This document shows, in pieces, positions 29,590 through 38,617 of a stretch of DNA of 64,000 nucleotides (position 1 is its first letter; each line of letters begins with the position of its first letter). The notes under the pieces are model-generated. The model saw nothing but the letters and a program-made list of their open reading frames with translations, did no database searches and was not told the origin of the DNA. Source of the stretch: an uncultured delta proteobacterium (lineage in GTDB: Bacteria > Myxococcota_A > Polyangia > Polyangiales > Houyiibacteriaceae); the NCBI GenBank assembly GCA_963699755.1, contig CAVOVB010000002.1:1-64000 (forward strand), in the 5' to 3' direction. The position numbers were made by a program, and so were the translations under genes.

Positions 29590-30246
29590 ATGCCCGTTTC
29601 AGACACCATGGGCTGGCTCGATCAGGAAGCAGCCGGACAGCCCATCGAGGAGGAGTCCGTCTTTGACGATGAAGCGCTCGTCGAATCGCTCAGGTCGGGA
29701 GATCCCGACGCGCCGGCTCGCTTCTTCGACGCGTACGGTCGCTATGTCGAGCGACTGCTGGTTCGGGTGCTTGGCCCCGACCCCGACGTCGAGGACCTCC
29801 TGCACGATGTCTTCGCCGAGGCCCTGGGCACCATCGATCGGCTTCGGGATCCAGCTCGCCTCAAAGGGTGGCTCACGCGTATGACGGTCTTCATCGCTCG
29901 CGGCATGCTCAGACGGCGTCGGCGCCAGGGTTGGCTCTCGTTCTTGCCTGAGGAAGAGCTTCCTCCAAATCCGTCATCTTCCACGCCGCCCGAAACCCGT
30001 GATCTATTGGTACGTGTGTTTGCCGTGCTGCACCGGCTTCGACCCAATCATCGGATCGCGTTCTCCCTGCGATACATCGAGGGCATGACGCTTCCCGAGG
30101 CCGCCGAGGCGAGCGGGGTGTCGTTGGCGACCTTCAAGCGATGGCTGAAAGCTTCGGATCTCGCATTCATGAACGGCGCGCAGCGCACCGACCAAGCGCT
30201 GTACGAAGAGCTCTTGAACACGCCGCGCTGGGGGGGCTCGTCATGA
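29590..30246 (+). CDS. ECF sigma-70 factor
   Basis: DVEDLLHDVF, LKGWL, RIAFSLRYIEGMTLPEAAE..GVSLATFKRWL. Confidence 0.9.
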   Translation: MPVSDTMGWLDQEAAGQPIEEESVFDDEALVESLRSGDPDAPARFFDAYGRYVERLLVRVLGPDPDVEDLLHDVFAEALGTIDRLRDPARLKGWLTRMTVFIARGMLRRRRRQGWLSFLPEEELPPNPSSSTPPETRDLLVRVFAVLHRLRPNHRIAFSLRYIEGMTLPEAAEASGVSLATFKRWLKASDLAFMNGAQRTDQALYEELLNTPRWGGSS

Positions 30247-31649
30247 GGAAGCGCCTTGAAGAGCTCGGCGCCGAAGTCGCGCGCGTGCAGGACCAAACCT
30301 TGGCCGACGGCACGAGGCGCGCCGCGGTTCGTCGGCGGCTCTTGTCCGCCAAGAGCCGGTCGGCCCCCCCGCGTTCTTCCCGCTTGGCGCCCGCGCTCGC
30401 CTGGGCCGGGGCGATGGCCGCGATCGCGCTCGCCCTCGTCTTACTGTGGCCTTCCGTGCCCGAGCCGATCGCCTACCGCGTGGAGGGCGAAGCGGAATCG
30501 AGGCTCCTCGACCGCGAGATCGCCGCGTCCGCCGACGGAGCGAGGTCGATTGCCTTCACAGACGGTTCCGCCGTCCGGCTGAGCCCATCGGCCCGCGCCC
30601 GCGTCCGTCAGCTGAGCGCTGAGGGTGCCACTGTGGCGCTGGACCGAGGTGAAGCGACGATATCGGTCCGCCACCGCAAGGCGACTAGGTGGTCCGTAGA
30701 GGCCGGGCCGTTCCTGGTGCGCGTCACCGGTACGCGCTTCCGCGTCGGATGGCAGCCAGAAACCGAATCGTTCGAGCTCGACGTCTATGAAGGGGACGTG
30801 CGTGTGCGCGGGCCCGAGCTGCCTGAGCGAATCGTTCGTAGCGGAGAAGAGGTGCGCGAGAGGCTCACGGCGACCGTCGAGCCCGAGCCCGAAACGCCGC
30901 GAATCGAAGAGTCGATCGAGGAGCCGATGACAGATCCGGAACCCGCAGCTCGAAAGCAGACGATGCCGGCCACGCCCGCGGGCGCGTCGAGCTACGAGCC
31001 GCCGGTTCGCGCGTCTTCACCGCGCAGCTCCACCCGGCCCGAAGCAGTGCCGCTCGAGCTGAACCTTCCGCCGAAAGAACCCGGCACAAAGGTTGACCCA
31101 GATGCTGCGCCGACACCGTCCGAGACAGAGGCGCCAGATTCGACGCGACGCGAAGAAGAGCCCAAGGTGTCCGCGGAGCCTCCGAGTGCCGAGCCGCCCT
31201 CGTGGAGAACCTTGCTCGACCGACGCGACTATCGCGCTCTCTTGACCGAGCTCAGCCCCGACCAAGTCGAGCAGGCCGTCTGGCAAGCCGACGCGACCCA
31301 GTTGATCGATCTCGGCGCCGCGGCACGTGCGCTCGGTGATGCACGGGCCGGCTCGATCTACAGCGTGGCCCGGTCACGTTTTCCGGGAACGGACGCCGCC
31401 GCGGATGCTGCGTTTCTGCTCGGGCGGATCCAATTCCACTCGGGCGCCTACCGCTCCTCGGCGACTTGGTTCGCGGCCTATTTGCGCGAACGTCCCGACG
31501 GTCGCCTTGCGCGCGAAGCTGCGGGCCGGTTGGTCGAGGCCTACCATCGAAGTGAAGATCGAGAACGCGCACGCGCGGCCGCCGAGCAGTACCTCCGTCG
31601 CTACCCAAACGGTCCACACGCGGCGCTCTCCCGATCGGTGCTGCAGTGA
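30243..31649 (+). CDS. FecR-domain anti-sigma factor with Pro-rich linker and TPR-like C-terminus
   Basis: TM helix; FTDGSAVRL, VRVTGTRF; YLRRYPNGPH; ATGA overlap with the sigma gene. Confidence 0.85.
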   Translation: MRKRLEELGAEVARVQDQTLADGTRRAAVRRRLLSAKSRSAPPRSSRLAPALAWAGAMAAIALALVLLWPSVPEPIAYRVEGEAESRLLDREIAASADGARSIAFTDGSAVRLSPSARARVRQLSAEGATVALDRGEATISVRHRKATRWSVEAGPFLVRVTGTRFRVGWQPETESFELDVYEGDVRVRGPELPERIVRSGEEVRERLTATVEPEPETPRIEESIEEPMTDPEPAARKQTMPATPAGASSYEPPVRASSPRSSTRPEAVPLELNLPPKEPGTKVDPDAAPTPSETEAPDSTRREEEPKVSAEPPSAEPPSWRTLLDRRDYRALLTELSPDQVEQAVWQADATQLIDLGAAARALGDARAGSIYSVARSRFPGTDAAADAAFLLGRIQFHSGAYRSSATWFAAYLRERPDGRLAREAAGRLVEAYHRSEDRERARAAAEQYLRRYPNGPHAALSRSVLQ

Positions 31650-32575
31650 AAGACGCCGCGACCCTCTTCGTAGCCGTCCTTGTCTCGGTGAGCCCGTCCG
31701 CGAAAGCGCAGACGCGGATCGCATCCGATGCGGGGGTGGAGCCGCTCTGTGAGAGCGCCCGGGCCGAGCTCGAACAGATCGGCATTACGACGGCGACTCT
31801 GTCGGTCGGCGGCAGCACCCGTAGGACACGAAGACGCGCCTTCTCCGATACGACGGTCCAAGCGCTAATCGTGTGTCGGCCGAGGCCCGCGCGCATCGAG
31901 GTATTCTACCCAGACGGCTCCCGTCTCGGTCAGCCGGCGTTCGGCGTACAGGTATCTGACGAGGATCCGAGCGCGCCTCTCTACCTGAGCGAGCGCATCC
32001 GTGCGGAGCGCTTCGTGGCCGACGTGCCAAAACCGGTCCCGTTCAGCCCCGCCGTCTGGTGGCTTGGTTTCGGAGGCGACATATTGCTTTCGCCAGGCGG
32101 AGTGGCGCCCCTGGCTTTGATCGCGCTCGACGTCGGCTACCGGTTCCATCGTTACTGGTCGGTTCAAGCATTCGCATCCATTCAGCCGTACATGAGACGC
32201 CTCGCCACCGACGCGACGGAGACACGCCTACGCCTCGACCAGTTCGGTGCTGCCATCGCCTATCACCCCGTAGTGACCGAGCGGCTCGACCTCGCGCTTG
32301 CGGCCCGCGTGGCCGCCGCTCGGCTCGGCGCCAACGGAACGAGCACGGCTCCTACCAACGACCTCGAAAGCCAGCGCGATCAGGTGTGGCTCGCATTCCC
32401 GGCGGGGCGCGTCTCGTTGCGGGTCGGGCTCACAGAACGGATTTGGCTCCGAATGCAGGGAGAGGTCGGGGCGATCGTGCCGAAAGCCGTCGTGGCGGCC
32501 GGCGCGGGGCGGCTCGCGTCGCTAGGTGTGTTTGCAGCCCAGGCCGGGCTTGCTCTGGAGGTGCACTTCCGATGA
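31646..32575 (+). CDS. Exported protein with beta-barrel-like C-terminus
   Basis: Signal peptide, coupled to upstream gene, ends LEVHFR. Confidence 0.6.
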   Translation: MKDAATLFVAVLVSVSPSAKAQTRIASDAGVEPLCESARAELEQIGITTATLSVGGSTRRTRRRAFSDTTVQALIVCRPRPARIEVFYPDGSRLGQPAFGVQVSDEDPSAPLYLSERIRAERFVADVPKPVPFSPAVWWLGFGGDILLSPGGVAPLALIALDVGYRFHRYWSVQAFASIQPYMRRLATDATETRLRLDQFGAAIAYHPVVTERLDLALAARVAAARLGANGTSTAPTNDLESQRDQVWLAFPAGRVSLRVGLTERIWLRMQGEVGAIVPKAVVAAGAGRLASLGVFAAQAGLALEVHFR

Positions 32576-32787
32576 CCTGGCGTTGGATTGGTGTCGTCTT
32601 GGGCACACTGTGGATGGTGGGCTGCGGGGAAGCGACGGTTCGCCCTTTTGTCGACAAGTCCGATGCCGGTGTCGACGCGAGCGTCGATGCCGGCGAGGAA
32701 GATAGCGGCGGGGAAGATGGCGACGAGGAAGGCGACTTCGACGGTGGCGAGGAAGATGGCGGCGAGGACGACGGGGGTGAGGAATAG
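32572..32787 (+). CDS. Small acidic lipoprotein
   Basis: Lipobox VGC, D/E/G-rich tail, ATGA overlap. Confidence 0.55.
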   Translation: MTWRWIGVVLGTLWMVGCGEATVRPFVDKSDAGVDASVDAGEEDSGGEDGDEEGDFDGGEEDGGEDDGGEE

Positions 32788-32876
32788 AACACGAAGGGAG
32801 CGAGTCCGAGCTCTCCCTTCGTAGCCGCGGGACCCCGTAACGAGCGGACTCGGGTCCCTATCCGGGTTTCAGCGGT

Positions 32877-33881
32877 TCAGTTGTCGAGCGCGCCTTCGTC
32901 GATCCACTGAGAGAGGATCACGACGAAGCCCGCGTCGTCGGGGCCGTTGAAGTGATTTCGATTGAGCTGAGGGATGAGCGCAGCCGAGGGATCGGACGAA
33001 TCACCGGGGACCACCAACGGGAAGCCGTCCCCACCCGCCAGGATGTTGGCGTAGCTGTCGAGGTTGACACCTGCGGGGCCACTGCCACCGCTGTGGCACT
33101 GCACGCAGTTCGCCTGGCCCGCTTCGAAGTACGGTTGAATCTCTGCGGCGAACGATACGCCCATCATGGTGCCGCCGGTGCCCGCCGTGCCACCAGTTCC
33201 GCCGCTGCCGGCCATGCCGCCGCTGCCGGCCATGCCGCCGGTTCCCGCCGTGCCGCCGCTGCCGCCCGTGCCGCCCATGCCGCCCGTGCCGCCCGTGCCG
33301 CCCGTGCCGCCCGTGCCGCCCGTGCCGCCTTGATCGCAGTCGCTGTCCTCGTAGTCGTCGTCATCATCATAGTCGCCGTCATCGTGATCGCGGTCGCGGT
33401 CGCGATCGCGGTCGCCATGATGATCGTCGTCGTCATCGTGGCGATCACAGCGATCCTCGTCGCTGTCGCTGTCGCCATCACCGTCGTCGTCTTCATCGCC
33501 ATCGCTGTTGCCATCGGCATCGCTGTCGCCGTAATCGTCCTCGTCATCGTCGTACCGATGCACGCAGTCGAAGCAGGCCTGACGGAGATCTTCACAGAAG
33601 ACCAGATCATCGGTCTTGGTCGAGCAGCGATCATAGAGCGCATCGCAGTGGTCGGAGATCTCGTCGTGGTGGACACCATTGCCGGGGACCGCGTTCATGC
33701 ACTGCATGGCGCCGGCCTTGCACTCCTCGGACGACTTCTCACACGAAGCCAAGTCGTTCTGACAGCGATCGATGCGCTCCTGCACCGTCGCCGCGCTGCC
33801 GCCAACGCCTTCGGAGCCACAGGCAACGAGCAAGCTCATGACGCCGAGCACCGGCAGCCAAATGATGAATCTTGTGGGCAT
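32877..33881 (-). CDS. Lipoprotein with Cys-rich helices, Asp/His tract, GGT linker and C-terminal c-type cytochrome domain
   Basis: Lipobox VAC; CVQCH; VVPGDSS...WIDEGALDN. Confidence 0.75.
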   Translation of the reverse strand: MPTRFIIWLPVLGVMSLLVACGSEGVGGSAATVQERIDRCQNDLASCEKSSEECKAGAMQCMNAVPGNGVHHDEISDHCDALYDRCSTKTDDLVFCEDLRQACFDCVHRYDDDEDDYGDSDADGNSDGDEDDDGDGDSDSDEDRCDRHDDDDDHHGDRDRDRDRDHDDGDYDDDDDYEDSDCDQGGTGGTGGTGGTGGTGGMGGTGGSGGTAGTGGMAGSGGMAGSGGTGGTAGTGGTMMGVSFAAEIQPYFEAGQANCVQCHSGGSGPAGVNLDSYANILAGGDGFPLVVPGDSSDPSAALIPQLNRNHFNGPDDAGFVVILSQWIDEGALDN

Positions 33882-34317
33882 GCTATTTTCCTCCTGCGAA
33901 GCCGGCAGCCTGATTGCGCCGCGGTCCACCCTTCTCCAGTGTTCGGTGCGTCCGAGATCGGCTCGCATCTCTACAACTGCGTACAAAAGGGCGATTTTGG
34001 GCACAGCGGACGACGATTCTCTACCGCCCTCGCTCAGGTCCGCGGCCGCGGGCTTCCGCGAACGAGTGTCCTTGAGACCGGGGATCGGGGGCTCTGCCGG
34101 TGAGGCTCGCTTGCACTCAACACGGTTGTCGCGGTCGAGACGGGCGGCCTGCTGGCCGAAGCGGTGGCCTACATCGGCAAAGGGATGACCATTCCGCGCA
34201 AGGTGAGCGCCGATGTTATCACCGTGTTCGCGCTCTCGTTTGCATTCTTCTGGGGCGCGCCTGGAGTTGGCGCGCGTCGATGGACGGTCAAGCGCTTACA
34301 CCAGCCCGAACTTGTCA

Positions 34318-34710
34318 GTGACCAAATAGTCAACGCGCCGACACCGAAGCGCTTCGCACATGGACCAATCGAATTGCGCTCCGGCGAGGCAAGCGCATCG
34401 CAGCGGTCGCGTTGGCGCGAAAGCTCGCGGGCATCTTGTTTGCGATGTGGCGCGATGGCACCGGCTGTCGAGCGCGAACAGAAGGATGACGACCATCTCG
34501 CCACGACGAGTCAACAACGACAAACTTTGAACTTGACCGGGGACACCGCTTCACAGAAGGGACCAAAGCGCAGGGCGAACAGGGCGACTGCAGGGTACGA
34601 GAGTAAGAGGTCGGACTGCATGTCTTCCAAAGCGATACGCAGCAAACCGAGTGTCCACGTAGGGTTAGCGTATCGCTGACAGCAGGGTTCGATTCCCACC
34701 GCCTCCACCA
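34318..34710 (+). repeat. att junction 6: type-B arm (interrupted at 34330-34559) plus tmRNA-like core (34685-34710)
   Basis: Core identical to junctions 4 and 5; arm aligns to 25547-25694 once the insert is removed. Confidence 0.9.
34330..34559 (+). mobile_element. IS110/IS1111-family remnant (transposase C-terminus and right end)
   Basis: 34340-34489 translates ...RRGKRIAAVALARKLAGILFAMWRDGT...; TTGACC near the right end. Confidence 0.75.
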
Positions 34711-35171
34711 AAGCTCGAGCGGCCGGCATCATTCGCTGGGCTCCTCTCGATCTTCTTAGCCGGTCTGATGACTAGACCCCCGGCACGCTGCGCAGCAAGA
34801 GGATGGCGCAGGCGATTACGAGGAATGACACCAAGATGAGCGCCATCTCCAGCAGAGCCATGCGAAACTGTTCACGCTTCATCTGGATATATTGGAGCGC
34901 CTCCGTGGTGAAGAGCAGGCATCGAAGCTTCTCGAATGGATTCGACGAAAGGACGAGGTGTTCAACGAGGAGCTTCGGGATTGTCTGTTTAGCGAGAGGA
35001 GTATTGCGAGCCTCGAGGAGGAGCGCCACGATTGCTCTCGCGATCGCCGTTGCTAGACGGTCTCCGCCAGGTGTCAGCTCTGTGACCTCCAGCGCCAAGG
35101 GCGCGCTGAAGAGATGAAGAGATGACGGTACTCGGTTGGATCGTCGTTGGATCTCAGAGCGGTCCCGTAGC

Positions 35172-35822
35172 CTAAGGGAGAGTCGTCGGCGTGAGCTTCC
35201 ATCGCGTCTCCAAGCTGCTTCCCTCTCCGAGACGCGCTTGGAGAGCGGAGCGCACCCGCTCCAAGATTTCGGGGTCGCGATGGAGCAAGTACGTGATGTC
35301 GGCGCCGGTGAGCATTGCACCGAGCTCGAAGGCGAGTTGCTCGGGTGGGTCCTCCGGACGGAGCTGGCCGAGCTCTGCAGCGCGGGTCGCGCTCTGCCTG
35401 AGCAGTGAAGCCCACTGCTTCTGATCCATGGCCACGCGATCGCGGATCGGCCCGGGGCGACCGCCGACTTCGGACGCCACCGAAGCAAAGAAGCATCCGC
35501 TCGGCCACTCCCGAAAGGCGATGTGATCCAAGTAGCCCTCGCAAAGCGCGCGCAGTCTCGGCGCACCTTCGGGAGCAGCAAGCGCAGGCATCACCACCTC
35601 GCGCGTGAAGACCTCTCGCGCTTTGTCGATGATCGCGAACTGCAGGTCTTCTTTGGAGCCGAAGAGCCCAAAGAGCCCGCTCTTGCTCAGCCCTGCGGCC
35701 TTGGCGAGGCGTGATAGCGAGAGCCGCTCGAGCCCTTCGATCGCTGCCAGTCGTATCGCCGCCTCGAGGACGCGGTCCCGCGACTTCTCACCATCGATTC
35801 GTATGCGTTTGGATGAGGTCAT
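35172..35822 (-). CDS. TetR-family regulator
   Basis: LSLSRLAKAAGLSKSGLFGLFGSKEDLQ; GCFF motif. Confidence 0.9.
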   Translation of the reverse strand: MTSSKRIRIDGEKSRDRVLEAAIRLAAIEGLERLSLSRLAKAAGLSKSGLFGLFGSKEDLQFAIIDKAREVFTREVVMPALAAPEGAPRLRALCEGYLDHIAFREWPSGCFFASVASEVGGRPGPIRDRVAMDQKQWASLLRQSATRAAELGQLRPEDPPEQLAFELGAMLTGADITYLLHRDPEILERVRSALQARLGEGSSLETRWKLTPTTLP

Positions 35823-35830
35823 GTTCCTTC

Positions 35831-35883
35831 TTGACTCTTAGCACGCACGGTCGTACGGTCTAGTTAATGCGCACGATCGTGCG
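35831..35883 (+). promoter_or_regulatory. Sigma70-like promoter overlapped by palindromic operators
   Basis: TTGACT-N17-TACGGT; CGCACGGTCGTACG (35844-35857) and perfect CGCACGATCGTGCG (35870-35883). Confidence 0.65.
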
Positions 35884-35903
35884 ATCTAAAAAGGAGCAGA
35901 CCC

Positions 35904-36440
35904 ATGAAGAACCCCAATTCCCTTGTCGCCCGCCGCCAAGAGCCCCTCGGCCCGCTGTATCGAGAGGATCCGGCCAAGGCGCTCTCTTATAAGGAGGTGC
36001 GCACGCTCTACACGGGCACGACCGATGCCATCCATGGCAGGGTCGCTCCGACTGGATTCCCAGCCATCTCCTGGGATTACGGGATCGATGACAAGGTGGG
36101 AGGCTTCGACGACCTCCCCAATCCAGGACATCTGCTCTGCGCGGCGCTTGCGGCCTGCATGGACAGCACGGTGCGAATGATTGCCGATCGACTCGGCGCG
36201 CGCATCGAACGGCTCGAAGTCGAGGTCAACGGCGACGCGGACGTCCGAGGTTGTCTCGCGATGAGCCGTTCGGTCCGGCCGGGGTTTCGTCAGATGCAGT
36301 GCCGTCTCGCATTGGAGCTCGATCCCGGGGTGGACCCCCAGGTCGGCGCGATGCTCATCCAACAGGCGGAGAAGCTTTGCGTAACACTCGACACCCTTCG
36401 CAAAGGCACCCCGATCGCGGTGAGCTTCGAGACACCATGA
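35904..36440 (+). CDS. OsmC-family protein
   Basis: PNPGHLLCAALAAC...AEKLCVTLDTL. Confidence 0.85.
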   Translation: MKNPNSLVARRQEPLGPLYREDPAKALSYKEVRTLYTGTTDAIHGRVAPTGFPAISWDYGIDDKVGGFDDLPNPGHLLCAALAACMDSTVRMIADRLGARIERLEVEVNGDADVRGCLAMSRSVRPGFRQMQCRLALELDPGVDPQVGAMLIQQAEKLCVTLDTLRKGTPIAVSFETP

Positions 36441-36865
36441 CCATGTCTATTCCCGTCTGGGTGCTGCTCGCGTTCGCGATTTGGTCGATGCTAGTTCTGA
36501 TTTTCACCATCGGCACCTACCGCTGGGGTCTGATCTTCGCCGGCCGGGCCCAAGTCCACGAGTTCCGCGCCGATCAGATCGAAGGTTCAGATCGGTACCG
36601 CCGAGCGATGCGCGCCCACCTGAACTGCCTCGAAAATCTGCCAATCTATGGCGCGATCGTTCTGGTCATCGTCGTCAGCGGCGCACAGAGCGCTGCATTG
36701 GACGGGTTGGCGCTCACGCTGATCGGGGCCCGAATCGCGCAGACCTTGATTCACGTTTCGAGGGAGCAGACCAGCCCTCTCGCCTATCTGCGCTTTGGCT
36801 TTTTCTTCGTTCAGCTGATCTGCATGTTCTCGATGACGGCTCTCGTCGTACAGCAAGCCATCTAG
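36437..36865 (+). CDS. MAPEG-family membrane protein
   Basis: RAMRAHLNCLENLP, ARIAQTLIH. Confidence 0.85.
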   Translation: MTMSIPVWVLLAFAIWSMLVLIFTIGTYRWGLIFAGRAQVHEFRADQIEGSDRYRRAMRAHLNCLENLPIYGAIVLVIVVSGAQSAALDGLALTLIGARIAQTLIHVSREQTSPLAYLRFGFFFVQLICMFSMTALVVQQAI

Positions 36866-37562
36866 TCGGGCCGGCTTCGGCTACGCTTGTTCTTCTGCCT
36901 TGCGCAAATTGATACCTCGGGCTGATGCCGCAGGAGCGCAGCAGCCGCCAAACGCAACGCCGCGGGTAAATCAGCGAGGCGGGGAACCGGCGAATGCGTG
37001 CACTCTTGGTGGGGACACGCTGCATAACCCAGTACGATCAAGGAGACCTGAGACCCACGTTTAGCCGCGATGAGTCCAGATTGTCGTGGCCGAGCGCATT
37101 ACAGAAGCGCATTACAGAAGCGACTAGAGCACAAGGCAAACAGCGGGATTCCAGGCTACCTCGGGGTACCTGAGCAAGAGCGTGCGTTGCATGCCATCGA
37201 GACGATTTCATCATTCCCGATCGTCGAACCCTCGCCCACTCACAACCCGGCGAGGCCTTGTAGCCTTTGGAACACTCGACGATCGGGCGGGACGGGCGCT
37301 GCCCGATACGGTGCGACCTCGACTGCTCGAGCTAGTCGCCGGCTCCGGAAGGCCCCACTAGTCCCCGCTCCCGGAGGGCGAGGCAGATTACGGAATCGTC
37401 AACGAGGGTTGCGCCACGCTTGTTCATGTAGAAAAATGTAACCGTAACGGAAAAATTCGAGCGCCTTGGTTCTTGCGAGGCAAGCAATAGCCCGCCACTT
37501 GGGACGTCGCTGTGAGAGCCCCGGGTGAACCCAATCGCTTTTTTTGGACAAGACAAAGCCCA

Positions 37563-38294
37563 ATGAAAATGTATCGCATAGCTCTGATTCTTCTCACGTT
37601 TAGCTCGGGATGCGTCTTGGAAGCGCACTCGCTGGATGTCGGCGGTGGCGGTCTGAGTGAGGACTCCGGTGTCGAAGACGCTAGCGTGGGTATCCCTGTC
37701 GATCAGATCGCCGGCAACGGTAGCAGCACGGAGGAGGTGGGCCTCGAATGCACCCCCGCGACGGAAACCAGCGAGTGCGGGGGCAACAGTTGCGATCCGA
37801 ACACGATGCAATGTAGCGCGTTCGTGCGAGACAGCCGCCTCACCTGTGAGAGCTGTGTAAGCGATAGCGACTGCAAGGACTCCGATCATCGTTGCGTCGA
37901 GATGAGGTACATGAGCTCACCCTTCCCGGATGCCCACACGGGTTTTTGTCTAGAGATCGCCAAGCCGGTCTCCGAGGGAGCGACATCCGGATACGACTGC
38001 GCACCCCCGTACGTAACGGTGCTCACCGATCGCAGAAGTCTTTCCGGCGGCGAGCTCGGGAGCTATTGCGGCATCGAGGAGAGCCTCACTACCTGCCCCG
38101 CGGTGAATGCATACCGAGAAGCGTGGCCATGCGCGGGGCGCGGCGACGTCGCATGCCCGACTGGAGGGTTCTGCGACTGGGTCAGGACCGACACCGACGG
38201 GTGGAGGGAGCTCTGCACCTATGCCTGCGACGACGCTTCGGAGTGTGACGGACCCGGTCAGGAAACTTGCGGGAAGGGCTACTGCGGCTGGTGA
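37563..38294 (+). CDS. Cys-rich lipoprotein
   Basis: Lipobox SGC; many Cys repeats. Confidence 0.7.
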   Translation: MKMYRIALILLTFSSGCVLEAHSLDVGGGGLSEDSGVEDASVGIPVDQIAGNGSSTEEVGLECTPATETSECGGNSCDPNTMQCSAFVRDSRLTCESCVSDSDCKDSDHRCVEMRYMSSPFPDAHTGFCLEIAKPVSEGATSGYDCAPPYVTVLTDRRSLSGGELGSYCGIEESLTTCPAVNAYREAWPCAGRGDVACPTGGFCDWVRTDTDGWRELCTYACDDASECDGPGQETCGKGYCGW

Positions 38295-38617
38295 GCATGC
38301 AGGCCGCCGCGCGCAAGAGCTCGGTCGCGGCTCCATCGGTTCATGAATTACTACTCGCTTGAAAAAGTGCGATAGCGATGCACTCATCCTTACGTTCGAT
38401 CGAATTACGATCGGGTTGGGTACCGTGCCAGGCTGCGTATCCCGACGCATGAACGAAAAGCCGGCAGCGATCTCCGTTCGAGACGTCTTCAATTGTCTCA
38501 CTTTTTCGAACCGTCGATCTATGTATCGTGGTGTAATCGCCGTCCTCCGCAGAGCCTGATCGCGGAGTTTCATCCGAGCGCTCCCCGAGGAGAGCTCGAC
38601 CCGACAGGGAGGCGGCT

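Noticed and set aside
33170..33560. 9-bp and Asp-codon repeats as a non-coding repeat array
   Set aside because: They encode GGT linkers and an Asp/His tract inside the minus-strand lipoprotein.
32952..34103. Long antisense or alternate-frame ORFs (also 8790-9914, 39119-40225, 3640-4773)
   Set aside because: Shadow ORFs of motif-supported genes in GC-rich DNA.
7500..34710. Intact tRNA or tmRNA genes at the TTCGATTCCC...CCA motifs
   Set aside because: No matching 5' acceptor strand or full T-stem is visible upstream; only the last ~25 nt are RNA-like.
7500..34710. CRISPR array or classical integron
   Set aside because: Repeats are kilobases apart, with no cas genes, no intI and no attC-type palindromes.
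34772..35140. Possible minus-strand membrane-tailed ORF
   Set aside because: No recognisable family or convincing start; the track ORF overlaps tetR.
37093..37122. 13-bp tandem duplication AGCGCATTACAGA
   Set aside because: Only two units in an intergenic region; most likely slippage.
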